Shown one piece after another: positions 1-13,789 of a stretch of DNA of 64,000 bases (within the stretch, counting starts at the first letter, position 1; every line of letters begins with the position of its first letter). The notes under the pieces were generated by a model, which saw nothing but the letters and a program-made list of their open reading frames with translations, did not search any database and was not told the origin of the DNA. The DNA is from Utricularia gibba (Eukaryota; Plantae; Magnoliophyta), in contig CM007989.1 in NCBI GenBank assembly GCA_002189035.1, positions 3,038,001 through 3,102,000 of the forward strand, in the 5' to 3' direction. Both the position numbers and the translations under genes were made by a program.

Positions 1-947
1 CTGAATAAACAGTTGCTTTGTGATAAGATCAATGCTGCAAATGATGATTCTATCTGCTCCACTGAAACGACTGTCTCTCTTGAAGATCACATTTTGGTAG
101 TTGTGGTTTTTTTTTTTTATCATGTTTAATTTAAGGCCTAGATCATGAGAATCTATATTTTCCCTTCAGAGTGAGGTACCACAAAATGAAAGAACCGCAG
201 TTTTTACACCAGATCTCTCAGCTGAGCCAAAGGATATAATTTGCTACACTGAAAAGATACAGCCGCATGAAAATTCCATTCAGGTACTCCTATTGCTGTA
301 TTGACCCTTCATGTTGTCTCTTCCATTACTGGCGCTGAAAGTGTGTCTCTTTAGGATGAGATCCCGGGGACTGAGGTCGAGTCAATTAGGCTAAAGCTCT
401 CGCACCCATCACTCAATGTGGTCGAAAGCATTGGCGATGAATGCCACCTAGAGAACTTCCAGACATCCATACAGGTTCTTGAAAATAGCCACTGCTGTTG
501 ATCAGGACACTCTGAAACCATGATGCTGTCGTTTCATAAGCAAATCCTCTTTCACTTTTGGTGTTGCTATCGAAAATCGGGTCGTCGAGAATCGCCTGTT
601 TCTCTTTGCAGGATGAGATGCCATTGAGGGATGAAACGGGTCACAGTGTGGAAACCATTGATGATGCATCCGAAGAACGGAAGCAGGTTCTGCTAGAACT
701 AGTAGGGAAATTGCGACAGGATAGGCTACTGAAGGATGATGGCGGTAAGCCAGGACCGGAGGACAAGGATGCAGCAATGAACAAGTATGCGATCATGGCG
801 AATCAGGCGACGAGACGGAGGATGTTGATCGGAGCTGTGTCTGTTGCAACATCTCTGGCGATGTCCAACCTCACGGGATTGTCATTCGTCAAGCTTTGCC
901 TCATCATGCTTCTCACCGGAGTTCTTTCAGAGATCCATGGGAGATGA
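1..947 (+). CDS. 3' end of an uncharacterised protein with a C-terminal hydrophobic (tail-anchor-like) segment; truncated by the window start
   Basis: Phase-0 exons at 1-96, 170-283, 355-474 and 612-947, joined by GT-AG introns, give a continuous frame ending ...LIGAVSVATSLAMSNLTGLSFVKLCLIMLLTGVLSEIHGR*. Family not recognised. Confidence 0.6.
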
Positions 948-1603
948 TGATGCTGAATAACTAGTAGGTATGGACCGGACCAGTGATCACCTTATGATAG
1001 AACCGAGTGTTTTGACCGGGGCAGGGATTTTCCGGTTCGGTTTGTCTGAAAATTAGGAATAAAACTAATTCAATTATAGAATAAGGAGGGTTTAAATAAT
1101 TTTGGAATTGTTTTTTTTATTGTCATGGATAAGAGTTTATGTAATATTATTAATCAAAGCATCATATAAAAAACGATATTTTGTATTAATATAATTTAAA
1201 TTCAAATGAATTGAATAATTTTTATTTCAATAAACACATATCAAATTGGTCCCAAATTAAATAAAAAGAATTTTTAATCTTCTATAATTAAAACACTTGC
1301 AACCTGAGCACAAAATACAGTAAAGAAATAATTATATGTTTTATGTATTATATGGTCTTTATTTACGAGAATTTATTATTCCTTTTTTTACTGCATTGAT
1401 AATTTAAAATATTGAATTTCTACAGCATGGGACTCCATGCAAAACGGCAGGGAGCCATTTGTCACCGAATCGGCGCAAAGTTTCGATTTTATACTAATCA
1501 ACCGCCATCTTTGATCTTTGCTTTTTCCTCCGCTGCATTGGATTCTCGTGAACGCATTTCAGTGTGCGAGTGTCTTTCAGTTTCCGACAGCAAGTACCTG
1601 AGA

Positions 1604-4600
1604 ATGGCTTCGCCGAAATTGATGAAGATTCCGAGTATGAGAGAAAGGGTAGAAGATACTCTTTCTGCTCATCGCAACGAACTCGTTTCCCTGCTTTCGA
1701 GGTACAACTCTAATGGGGTTTAAGATTTGGGCATCATTTCTCACCGGGTCTTGTGGATCAGCGGTTGTTCCTTTTTTTGAAGATATGTTGCTCAGGGGAA
1801 GAGCATTCTGCAACCCCATCACTTGATTGATGAATTGGATAACGTCGTCGGAGACAGCCCTTCTCCCATGCCGCTATGTGAAGGCCCTTTCAGTGAAGTT
1901 TTGAAGTCAGCACAGGTACGGACTGTTGCAGTAATTTATTCTTTCACAAACTGATCGGGCATCCAATCTCGTTTCTTGTACTGGGCGGCAGGAAGCGATT
2001 GTTTCTCCGCCATTTGTTGCTATGTCTATCAGGCCAAGGCCTGGTGTTTGGGAATATGTCCGTGTCGATGTATCAGAACTGAGTGTGGAGGAACTTTCCA
2101 TCTCTGAATATCTCAGATTCAAAGAAGACCTCTTGAATGGACAGTAAGAGGAGATTCTTGTCTGCTTAAAGTGATTTTGACTCATGGGCTTTGTTTCACT
2201 TGACAATATTTTTCAGTGGTGATGACAAATTCGTTCTTGAACTGGATCTTGAGCCATTCAATGCATCGTTTCCTCGCCCTACTCGTTCCTCGTCCATTGG
2301 CAACGGAGTGCAATTTCTGAACCGTCATCTGTCTTCAGTCATGTTCCGGAATAAGGAGTCTCTTGAGCCATTACTGAACTTCCTCAGAGTGCATAAGTAT
2401 AAAGGCCGTGTAAGTGAAAGCATAACTTGTTTCATTCCTAGTCTCATGTAGCTCATGCTGAATGTCTGATTACTTCTCTGTGCAGCTGTTGATGCTGAAT
2501 GATCGAATTCAACGACTGTCCAGGCTTGAGTCCGCACTGGTTAAGGCTGAGGACTGCATTTCTAAACTCTCACCAAATACACCCTACTCTGAATTCGAAT
2601 ATGCGTACGCTCCTCAGATTTCCCAGTGCCATTGTTTCTTGGGAAGCTTTACCCTCATAAAACTCATTCATTCCAACTGCTTTTGAACATGTAGTTTGCA
2701 GGAATTGGGGTTTGAAAGAGGATGGGGAGACACTGCAGCTCGTGTTCTCGAGACAATGTGCCTCCTATCTGACATCTTGCAGGCTCCTGATCCGTCTACA
2801 CTTGAGACCTTCCTTGGTAGACTTCCTATGCTGTTTAATGTAGTCATTTTGTCCATCCACGGATACTTCAGCCAAGCAAATGTCCTTGGCTTACCGGATA
2901 CTGGTGGTCAGGTATCTGTTTTAGAATTTCAATACTTCAACCCTATAACCGGAAACTGGTATGAAGATAATTGATGCACTCTTGAATTTTGAGGCTTGTG
3001 GTGCGTTTCAGATAGTTTACATATTGGATCAAGTCCGAGCCTTGGAGAGTGAGATGATCCAGAGAATAAGGAAGCAAGGCCTGAATATCACACCCCAAAT
3101 CCTGATTGTATCCTCAACATTCTGCTCTTATAACTTCATCCTCTGCCAATTGTAGGAAGCCAATTTGGTTAATGGGTGAGTTCTGGTTTCGCAGGTAACT
3201 CGACTGATACCGGATGCAGCAGGCACATCCTGCAACCAGCGAATGGAAAGGATAACCGGATGCCAGCATTCATATATTCTGCGTATCCCATTTCGGACAG
3301 AACATGGTGTGCTCCGAAAATGGATTTCAAGATTCGATGTATGGCCTTATCTGGAGAAGTTTACCGAGGTAGAATAGCTTCTCATATCTCGCAACTATTG
3401 ATTCTACCAGTCAGTACAAGCAAATCCTATGCTGTATTCTCTTCCTCAGGATGCTGCCAATGAGATTGCTGCAGAGTTTCAGGGAGCACCGGATCTTATC
3501 ATTGGAAACTACAGTGATGGAAACCTTGTTGCCTCATTGTTAGCTCAACGGATGGGCATCACACAGGTGAGTATCAGTGTATTTCTATTCCGGATGCTTT
3601 CGCTCAAGATCAGCTTAACCATGTGCTTGTTACCAGTGTACTATCGCTCATGCCCTGGAGAAGACAAAGTATCCTGACTCAGACATATACTGGAAGAGAT
3701 ACGAGGATAAGTACCACTTCTCTTGCCAGTTCACTGCTGATCTACTTTCCATGAACCATTCGGATTTTATAATCACCAGCACTTATCAGGAGATTGCAGG
3801 AACGTGGGTACCCCATGCTTTTGCTTCATAGCTTGAAACTGCTGAGTTCGAATTGCTTGCCTTTTTTTTACCAGGAAGAGTTCGGTTGGTCAGTATGAGA
3901 GTCACACGGCTTTCACTCTACCGGGTTTATACCGAGTTGTACACGGTATTGATGTTTTTGATCCCAAGTTCAACATCGTTTCCCTGGAGCAGATTCAACC
4001 ATATACTTCCCATATTCTGATGTTGGGAGGAGACTAACTTCATTGCATGAGCCTCTGGAGAAGCTGATATTTGATCCTGAGCAGAATGATGAGCATGTGT
4101 AAGTCACAATCAGAAAGTATCCTGCTTTCATCTATTAGACTCTACACTAAGACATGTTATTCTCATCTTGAAAGGGGCACACTCGATGATCCATCCAAGC
4201 CGATGATCTTCTCCATGGCGAGGCTGGACCGCATCAAAAACATCACGGGACTGGTGGAGATGTACGGGAAGAACGCCAAGCTAAGGGAATTGGCTAACCT
4301 TGTTGTGGTGGCAGGCTACATTGATGTCAAGAAGTCTAGCGACAGGGAAGAGATATCTGAAATAGAGAAGATGCATGTTCTTATGAGGCAATACAACCTG
4401 AGTGGCCAGTTCAGATGGATCGTAGCACAGATGAATCGAGTGCGCAACGGTGAACTCTACCGCTACATCGCTGACAAAAGAGGGATCTTTGTCCAGGTAA
4501 TCTTTCTTTTTTCAAGTAGCCCGATAAATAGTCTGCAACTCTTTTTTCTGCATTTTCTTGATGATCCCCAGCCAGCATTCTACGAAGCTTTCGGCCTTAC

Positions 4601-5081
4601 CGTAGTCGAGGCGATGACATGTGGCCTGCCGGCATTCGCGACATGCCACGGTGGTCCGCTGGAGATCATCGAGGACGGCATATCTGGCTTCCACATTGAC
4701 CCATACCATCCCGACAAAGCATCCGCTCTCATGGCTGATTTCTTCGTAAAATGCAACCAAGACCCCAGCCACTGGACCAATATCTCTGAAGCGTCAATAC
4801 GAAGAATTCAAGCAAAGTACACATGGAAGATATATTCAGAGAGGCTGATGACTTTAGCCGGTGTGTACAGCTTCTGGAAGTACGTCTCGAAGCTCGAAAG
4901 ACTCGAGACTCGTCGCTATCTTGAAATGTTCTACATTCTCAAGTTCCGTGATCTGGTAACTCCGCCTCTCCCAAATTCCTCTAGAGGCACCACAGCTAGT
5001 GATATATACTCAAGAATGCTCGTTGTTTTGCAGGCCAAGTCTGTCCCGTTGGCCGACGAGAGCTCGACTTATGCCTCTTAG
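1604..5081 (+). CDS. SUS: Sucrose synthase (group II, SUS2/SUS3-like), multi-exon; apparent 1-bp deletion at 3982-3984
   Basis: Exons translate to [99 protein letters not shown] and [13 protein letters not shown], all hallmark SUS motifs. Confidence 0.97.
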
Positions 5082-5332
5082 TTGCCTGTAGACTGAGATG
5101 AGTGACTTTCTTTCCCAATAAAAGAGTAGCATGTTGAACTTTTGCTATTCTGTATGCCATTTTCCCACCGGAAAGTATTACTTACAGCACAGAGATGACG
5201 ATGATGGGCTGGCCCGCAGAGACCCGCTATGGGAGGCCCAGTCAATTAGTCTTCTGTTCTTTAATTTCCTCTTTTGGATAAAGTCATAGCCATTTGCCAA
5301 TTGCAAATCTACCCAACCCGCATAAGGATCCG

Positions 5333-5833
5333 ATGGGGATCTCGTCGCCGTGGATGTCGGCTTTCTCCTTCCTGCTCTTGATGATCGCCGCTGCCATGGC
5401 GGAGTCGAGTAACCTCACCGCGTACGACGTACTGCAATCGTACGACTTCCCGGTCGGCCTCCTCCCCCTAGGCGTCACGAAATACGAGATAGATCCCTCT
5501 ACCGGAAGGTTTTCCGTCTCTTTGAAGAAGTCATGTGATTTCTCTATCCAAGGGTATGAGCTAAAGTATCGGGCAACAATCACCGGCACAATCTCGCGAG
5601 ACAGGATCACGAATCTGGCCGGCATCCAGGTTAAGGTGCTGTTCTTTTGGTTTGACATTATTCGGGTGAGTAAAGATAACGAGGAGATGAATTTCTCGGT
5701 CGGCGTACTCTCGGCCGGTTTTCCGGTGGATAGCTTCGATGAAAGTCCGCAGTGTGGGTGCGGATTTGATTGTGCGAATTTGAGTGGAGGCGATCGGGAT
5801 CCAGATCTTCCGAGTCTCGTCTCCTCTGCCTAA
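5333..5833 (+). CDS. DUF538 family protein with N-terminal signal peptide, intronless
   Basis: Hydrophobic leader, then TAYDVLQSYDFPVGLLP...LAGIQVKVLFFWFDI...FSVGVLSAGFPVDSFDESPQCGCGFDC, the DUF538 signature. Confidence 0.92.
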   Translation: MGISSPWMSAFSFLLLMIAAAMAESSNLTAYDVLQSYDFPVGLLPLGVTKYEIDPSTGRFSVSLKKSCDFSIQGYELKYRATITGTISRDRITNLAGIQVKVLFFWFDIIRVSKDNEEMNFSVGVLSAGFPVDSFDESPQCGCGFDCANLSGGDRDPDLPSLVSSA

Positions 5834-6016
5834 AGCAAGATCAACGCTGTGCCTGCCTTCTTCATCTTGTAATCTTGATTTTAGGAATGATGGCGGAATT
5901 AGGGCATCTGCAACCCCCAAATCCCCCATTGCTGTTGTCTTGAACCTCGATTTCGTATCGTCTTCACGGTTACAGAAAAAGTAGCTCCGTTAGAACAAGT
6001 AGATTATCTGACTTGA

Positions 6017-6058
6017 GGCCCATTTAAATTGGGCCTACAGGACCATACGACCGGCCCA
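6017..6058. promoter_or_regulatory. Cluster of three TCP site II motifs upstream of PHR2
   Basis: GGCCCA 6017-6022, TGGGCC 6030-6035 and GGCCCA 6053-6058, about 200 bp upstream of the ATG. Confidence 0.55.
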
Positions 6059-6261
6059 TAAATGTTTATTGAGCTGACCTGCTTGACAGGTCTAATTTGG
6101 CTTGCAGGCAAACGACGCCGTTTGGGTTTCCACCTAACTTCGATTGTTCCAACAAACCGCGCAAAGGGTAGGGCAGGGCAGCCGATAAAGAATCTGTGGT
6201 TCGTCAGTCATCACCTAACTTGTTCTTCTGCTTCCCTTCCGTGTTTCTCTTCTTCTCTGAA

Positions 6262-7903
6262 ATGGAGCGCGAGAAGATTGAAATCCAGGAAGAATCAGAG
6301 ACGGAGGAAGCAGAGAGGGTGAATCTGATCCCTGCTGCGTCGATATCACTTGCGCTTTCCACTCTTCTTCCTGCCCAGTTCCTCCCACCGAAGCAAATCG
6401 GCGCTTCCCCACCAAACAAGGTCAAAATCCCATCTCAAATTTCAAGTCTTTCCCACTTATCAGCTTCCCAGCCGGCTAAGAGCTCCTCCTTCAAGTCTAC
6501 GACCATTTCTGCCAACCCGTTACACGGCATTCTCACGCTGAACCCGTTGCGCCCGCGAACCCTTCCAATGCCGCCGCTTTCCGCCGCGCCTGTGTCGTAT
6601 GGTTCCGTAACGACCTCCGCGTCAGTGATAATGAGTGCCTGACGTCGGCTAACAATGATGCGATGTCGGTTCTCCCGGTTTACTGCTTCGACCCGCGAGA
6701 TTATGGCAAATCTTCATCCGGTTTCGACAAAACAGGGCCTTACAGAGCAAATTTTTTGATAGAATCTGTAACGGATTTGCGGATGAATTTGCAGGCTCGT
6801 GGGTCGGATCTTGTGGTTAGAATTGGGAAGCCTGAAAATGTGCTGTTGGAAGTGGTGAAGGCTGTGGGAGCAGATGCTGTGTACATGCATAGAGAAGTTT
6901 CACATGATGAAGTGAAGGCGGAGGAAAAGATTGAGGAGATAATGAAGGAAGAGGGTGTCGAGGTTAAGTGCTTCTGGGGAAGTACATTGTATCATCTAGA
7001 TGACTTGCCCTTTGAGTTGGAGGCTATGCCCACAAACTATGGAGGCCTTAAGGAAAAAGTTCAGGGGATACAAGTGAGGAAGACAATTGAAGCATTGGAT
7101 AGAATGAAGAGTTTGCCCAAGAGAGGCGATGTGGAGCCTGGTGAAATCCCCACGTTAGCGGATTTGGGACTTGGATTCTCTTGCCAGGTTCCATAGCGTT
7201 ATCTTTGCTCTATTGCTTTGTGTTTCAAAGTATGCAAATTTTGAATTTGTTGCTGAAAACTCAACTTTGTGTATGTGTGGTACTTCAGTTGGAGTTCATG
7301 CAAAGGTATGCAAACTTGTGATGAATAATATGAGGCTGTTTGTGTTTGGCATTTGGATTATGTAGACCGGAGAAACAGGTGCTCGGCCGTCAGTTGTGGG
7401 CGGAGAGACTGAAGCCCTGAAGAGATTGAATAGCTTCGGTGTCGAAGGACAGACAAAGGCAATGCCGAACAAAGAAAGCAGCACAAGCATATACGGTGCA
7501 AATTTCTCATGCAAAATATCTCCATGGCTTGCAGTTGGATGCCTTTCGCCTCGTTCGTTGTTCCATGAGTTGAAGAAAAAGACTGCCTCCAGGTATCTGC
7601 TACTTCTCTCAAGTTTACCAAATTCAACCATTGCATCTTCTCACACAAGTAGGTGTTATGTTTTCAGGGTATCAGCAAAACAAGGTGGTGGAGGAGGTGG
7701 AGACTGGTTGATGTATGAGCTGCTTTGGAGAGACTTCTTCAGGTCAGCCATCGGCCACACTCATCTAACTCTCCCCTCATATAGCTAGCTACCGTACCAA
7801 ACATTCCTTGAATTCCTGTTTTGGCAGATTCATTACGAGGAAATACAGCTGCAAGAAGCAGTTGAGCTATGAGCCGGTGACACCAGCGGCAGCATGCACC
7901 TGA
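6262..7903 (+). CDS. PHR2: Blue-light photoreceptor PHR2 (photolyase/cryptochrome family), 4 exons; apparent 1-bp deletion at 6552-6554
   Basis: VVWFRNDLRV, SVLPVYCFDPRDYGKSSSGFDKTGP, YGANFSCKISPWLA and WLMYELLWRDFFRFI match plant PHR2. Confidence 0.95.
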
Positions 7904-8256
7904 GACTACACTGAAGAACAAGCACGCCCACTTTTCTCGTTTGGTTGCCGTCGATTTTTCGACCATGTCAAGTTTTTGTATCCTAATAAAACTGAAATTG
8001 CACTCTTCGTCCCCTTGGAGGGTTGATAATTTTTTTTATAACTACAATACAGAGCAAATCTCATGTGTCAATTAACACTGCAATTTCAGGATTTGAATGA
8101 AACATGTCTTCATAAAAGTGATGTTGCAAGGAAATAAGTAACGAAACACAACATTGTCTAGAATCAAAATGCAACATACGGTTTCAATGAGAAGAGGATA
8201 TTCTGGAGCACAAAAAAAGCAGAGTAACAAGAGACGAGGCACCGCGGTGTGGAAGT

Positions 8257-9210
<954 letters not shown>

Positions 9211-9286
9211 CTTCACTTTCCGGTAACTGCCGCCGCCTGAGGCCGAACTTGGAGACTCACGAGATGCAATGAAAGAAAGACTAAGC

Positions 9287-9396
9287 TAGGGTTTCGAACT
9301 GCTTTGTGTATCGCGAACAGCCCGCTAGTTTACAATGGGCCTCGAAATGAGAATGGGGGCCCAGTTTCTGCCCATAAGCATCACTGATGTGCCCAT
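9287..9396. promoter_or_regulatory. Telo-box plus site II cluster, the typical ribosomal-protein promoter module of RPL22
   Basis: TAGGGTTT 9287-9294 (AAACCCTA on the minus strand), TGGGCC 9336-9341, GGCCCA 9358-9363 and further GCCCA motifs to about 9396. Confidence 0.75.
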
Positions 9397-9957
9397 TAGC
9401 CTATGTATGCCTCAGATTGATTCCGTACACAGCTCTGCTCGGCATCAAAGCCCTAGGTTTTCGAATCTCATCAGTGGCGGGATGGTCTCTCCTCTCCATC
9501 ATCTCATGTAGACGGCGGTTACCGGTGAGCGACGGCGACTCGAGCATCTTGCTGCAAAGGTCGTTACATTTGGTGGATATCCATGAGGAATGGTCCGTAA
9601 CATTAGAGCTCCGACGTGTTCTCTGGTTGAACTTGTGGCCAGCCTTCGATGGCGGAATGCATCGATCCGAGCGATCGTATTGGTTCGGGATTTTCTGTGT
9701 CGAGGAGGAATGGCTGCGTATACTTGACTTTCTTAGATTGTCTCGAGTTGGTAGCTGAATCCGAGTTTGGTTTCGCGTTGGATGCCAAAGAATTCAAGAG
9801 ATGGAATGGAATCACAGCTTGCGGTTTCGAACTTCGATCTCATGTAAGAACCGAATCGAATCAAAGGTAATACAAATCTTGAGTCATACGATTCAGAAAG
9901 GCGCATACAAGGACAACACACGGAGATAAGCATAAAGACAAGAGTTGGAAAAGGTGA

Positions 9958-10688
9958 TCAGTGCTTGTTCTTGGGCATCTTCACGATCATCACGGAGCAG
10001 TGAGCATGATGAGCACAGTAATCGCTTACGCTGCCCAAAACAGTCCTGTGTGGCATCATCAACAAACACCGAGGTTAGCAAGTCGTTTGAAGACGTGTGG
10101 TTCTAGTTGACATTGTGCAGATACCTCTTAAGTGCTCCGTAGCCATGGCTGCCAACAACAAGGATAGAGGCTTGGTGATTCTCTACGGCCTCACAGAGCA
10201 CATATCGAGCATCGCCTTCCATGACCTCAAAGGCAGCATCAGTAACCTGCAAGAGGCCAGAACCCACCTTTATCAAGGTATGATCTTGGAATGGAGAGTT
10301 TACGCAGCAAATATGCGTACCAATTTCGCTTCGCAGATATGTTTAGCCTTCTCCAGCACCTTGGCAGCCATCCTCTTCAGATCCTGCTCCACGACAGGGA
10401 GCAAGTCTGCAGTAGCTGCAAATCACACAGGGACAAGGAATTGAACACATCAGAGCCCCATGGAGGTGCACAACATTGCCCTAAACAAAAAAGGAAAAAC
10501 CAACCGGTGAACAATCCGTGGCCGGAGAGGCCGATAGCGGTGGTTGACGCCGGCTTGGCGTACACTACCACGAGCTTGAATGGGGAATTTCCCAGCGCCG
10601 GGGAGAATAAGTGATCCAGCGTCCACTCCAAAGCGTAGAAACTACGCTCGCTGTCGTCAACGCCCACCACAATCGCCGATTTCTCCAT
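9958..10688 (-). CDS. Universal stress protein A-like, 4 exons
   Basis: IVVGVDDSERSFYALEWTL, GDARYVLCEAVENHQASILVVGSHGYGALKR and TVLGSVSDYCAHHAHCSVMIVK. Confidence 0.96.
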
Positions 10689-11215
10689 AGATTCCTCTGA
10701 AAACAATCTCTACAACTGAAAATGCAGCGACTCTGCTACCATTATAATGGTGCAAAAAGCCCCAGGGGCTTGTGGAACACGTCACTTGTCATCTAATCTC
10801 TAGCGTGTAAAGGCTCCATGACGAGAACAAAGAACAGATTCCTCCATATATTCCTGACCGTTGAGCGCAAATTATGATTTATTCCCGGGGCGAACTGTAC
10901 ACTCCAGTGACCGATATATCCTTCCTCCCCGCGACGCATTCGCCTATTCAGGACAGGGTCAAAATCGGAATCGAAAGCAAGAGTCGTGGGGAACGGGCGT
11001 ACGATCCGATCCTTCTTTCCAGATCACACCACTATTCATTCACGCTTTCAGCAAAGCTTTCTGCGTGCCCGCCCACTACCGGAATGGTTATCTTCATCAT
11101 TTTGATTTCCTCTTGGAGAAGATAATCATTAGAAATAAAAAGAATTTTAAGTGATAAAAAAACAGTCTCCTTTTACTACCACGACATATTCATACAAAGT
11201 TACCCCCTGGTCTGG

Positions 11216-13302
11216 TCAGTAGGGAGTGGCCCGGCACTTGATCCGGGCTCTGGATGATTTCTCGACGAGGGCGGTGGATGCCCAGGGGCGGCTGGTGCTG
11301 GACGATTCTGGGGAATCGTCGGAATGCCAGCAGCACAGCCGGCCATCTTCGCCGCCGCTCCATCCGAATATGCCGTGACGATTTATGCCGTTCATCTGCA
11401 CCACACTTCTAATGATTCCTGTGTGACAACCGTCGAAAACAGCTTCTGGGGGTAAGATCCTCTTTGCTGGGTAATCCACGGGGAAGTAGGCGAAGGTGCC
11501 AGCATTTGTGCCTGCTATCACCCACAGGCGATCTTCCTCCTCTGAGTAATGCCAGTCAACAAAGTAGTCGATCTGTGACCAGGAAGTGGGGATCAAATAC
11601 AGTTGTGTGGAAGTGTAGAAGAAAGAGAATCATTCATTCGTTTTGACAGTTTTCTTCTATGGTTTCTTATACTGCTGTCCTTCGGATAAGGGAACTTACT
11701 GGGTCCATGGTCCAGCTCTCTGAGGTCAAAGACCGGGCATTGTCAAAGCTGGCTTCGTTATTGTTATCTCTCCAGTCCCAGACACTGAGGTAGAGAAAGG
11801 AACAGAATGCTAGCACAAAGCACCATCATGGTTGTGGAGAAAGATGGAGGAATTACAACAATCTAACGAAGATGAAACGTGCTTGGGCACACCTCAAGGT
11901 TTCAATGTGTGTTAAACAGCACAGCTTTCGATATCCATTGCCACAAAATCCAATCTTGCTGATTGAAGTCCCCGCATTGAACACCTTTCAAAAGCAAGAC
12001 ACATTATTATGAGGGACAGCATGAAAACCCTGTTAGCATAACAGCAACAGAGTAGTAGAAGGGCAAAAAAAATGGAATTATGAAAAACAGAATCTTGCTT
12101 ACTGACAGCATTTGCTCATCATCGTTAATATCCCCACTGGTATCAAAAAGGCACATCAGGCCATCAACTGATGCGGAAACGAGCTTGTCTTGATGGCCAG
12201 GGACAAAGCGAACCTGAAGAAATCAGTAGTTGTATAAAGTATTGAACAATTCAACTACTAGTATAATCAGTAAAGCTCACACTTTGCATTTATCCTAAAC
12301 AAAAGGTGATGGAGGGAAATACTATAATCCAAGCATCAACATACATTCTAGAAATACACTTCTTGAAGATGACTTGACGAAGATAGTACTTTTCATTCTA
12401 TGTCAACTCTTTTCGGTATCACTACACTTGTTAGACATTTGCTTCTTTTTTTCCCAATTTTCAAAGAAAGGCACCCCATTTACCTGAGTAACATCATCCA
12501 TGTGGCACTCCTCAAGGCATGCTACCTGTTTCATTGTCCTCCAGTCCCAGAATAATATCTAAAAAAAAAGTAAACTTTTGAACTTTTAACGATGATAGAT
12601 GCTACAGAAAGATCTGAGGAATTCAAAAGAATGGAAAGGGTGCTAAAATGGCGAAGTTGCTTGTTCAAGCACTGAAAAAGAGGGCAGCTTTCTACCTGTG
12701 ATTTACATCCAGCTGCAAGAAGATTGTCGCCTGCACCACCAAATGAGAAGCTAAAGGCTTCTTGCATAGAGCCCGTGTCGATACATGACACCTGCATGGA
12801 TAAGTAGTCAGAAATCCTAAGCAAACCCGGTACAGCAGAAAGAGTAAACAAAATGATCAGCAAAAACCTGTTGGAAAGACCGAGAATCCCAGGCTCTGAG
12901 CGTGCCATCAGATGAGCACGAGTACAAAACATGCGGCGAATTCGGCCCAAGAAAAGAAATTTGATTAATCGTCGAAGAATGACCTCTGCATTCTCCGAGG
13001 TACTGCGCCGTCAGGGGCGAGTACAGCTTCACCGCATTCGTTGATAACGATACAGCCATTGACGCCCAATCACACCTGAAATGCACGTATTCCTTCACAA
13101 AATCACAAAAAAACCAAGAACAACCAAACGAAAACTCGACATGATTAAGTCGAAACATATAATCGCGCCTGGGAACAATCTGGAAGACGTAATCGTCGCC
13201 GAAGCTCGCCTGGAACGAGTTTTTAAGACCAAATCGCTTGAATTCGTTCCGATTGAAACTCAATCCCTCTCCTTCAACTTCCATCGCCTCCGCAGTTTCC
13301 AT
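11216..13302 (-). CDS. GTS1: WD40-repeat protein, WDR89 homologue (GIGANTUS1-like), 7 exons
   Basis: FGDDYVFQIV, ECRGHSSTINQISF, SCSSDGTLRAWDSR, ILFWDWRTMKQVACLEECHMDDVTQVRF and HTGIIRSV...GGEDGRLCCW. Confidence 0.88.
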
Positions 13303-13315
13303 CTTCGAATCGAAG

Positions 13316-13460
13316 TTAGGGTTTCTGGAGGTTTAAGGAGGCAGCACGCCTTCGCGGGTGTTCCCAACTGCTTTCGCAGTTAATTTTCACCATTCATAGC
13401 GGTAAACGTACAGCAGCCCCATGTAAAAGTAAAACTAAGCGAGAGCCCAAAATGGGCCTA
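13316..13460. promoter_or_regulatory. Telo-box and site II motifs upstream of GTS1
   Basis: TTAGGGTTT 13316-13324 (AAACCCTAA on the minus strand); AGCCCA and TGGGCC near 13444-13458. Confidence 0.6.
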
Positions 13461-13789
13461 GCCTCCGAGGCTTCCAGACAGTACGGCTCTCTTGCAGTAC
13501 TGTGAGCAACAGCTCTCGTCATCACAAGCTTCTGCAACGAAACGGAAGTGGTACTTGCAAATATGCCTCTGATTCGTAAACATAGCTAGCTGGGTGGTAA
13601 TCGGATCGAAAACGACGATTAAGTAGATGTAAAAGGAGTCAGTGAGGAACAAAGAGTGACTTAACATCCAAAATGATGTAGAAGTTTTAACAGAAACCTA
13701 ATAGTCATGATAAATGCGGTTGCCATCAACCCCATGAATGAAGAATCTGGCTTGCAGTCTCCGGTTGCACGATCAACTCAGTGGAGGCT

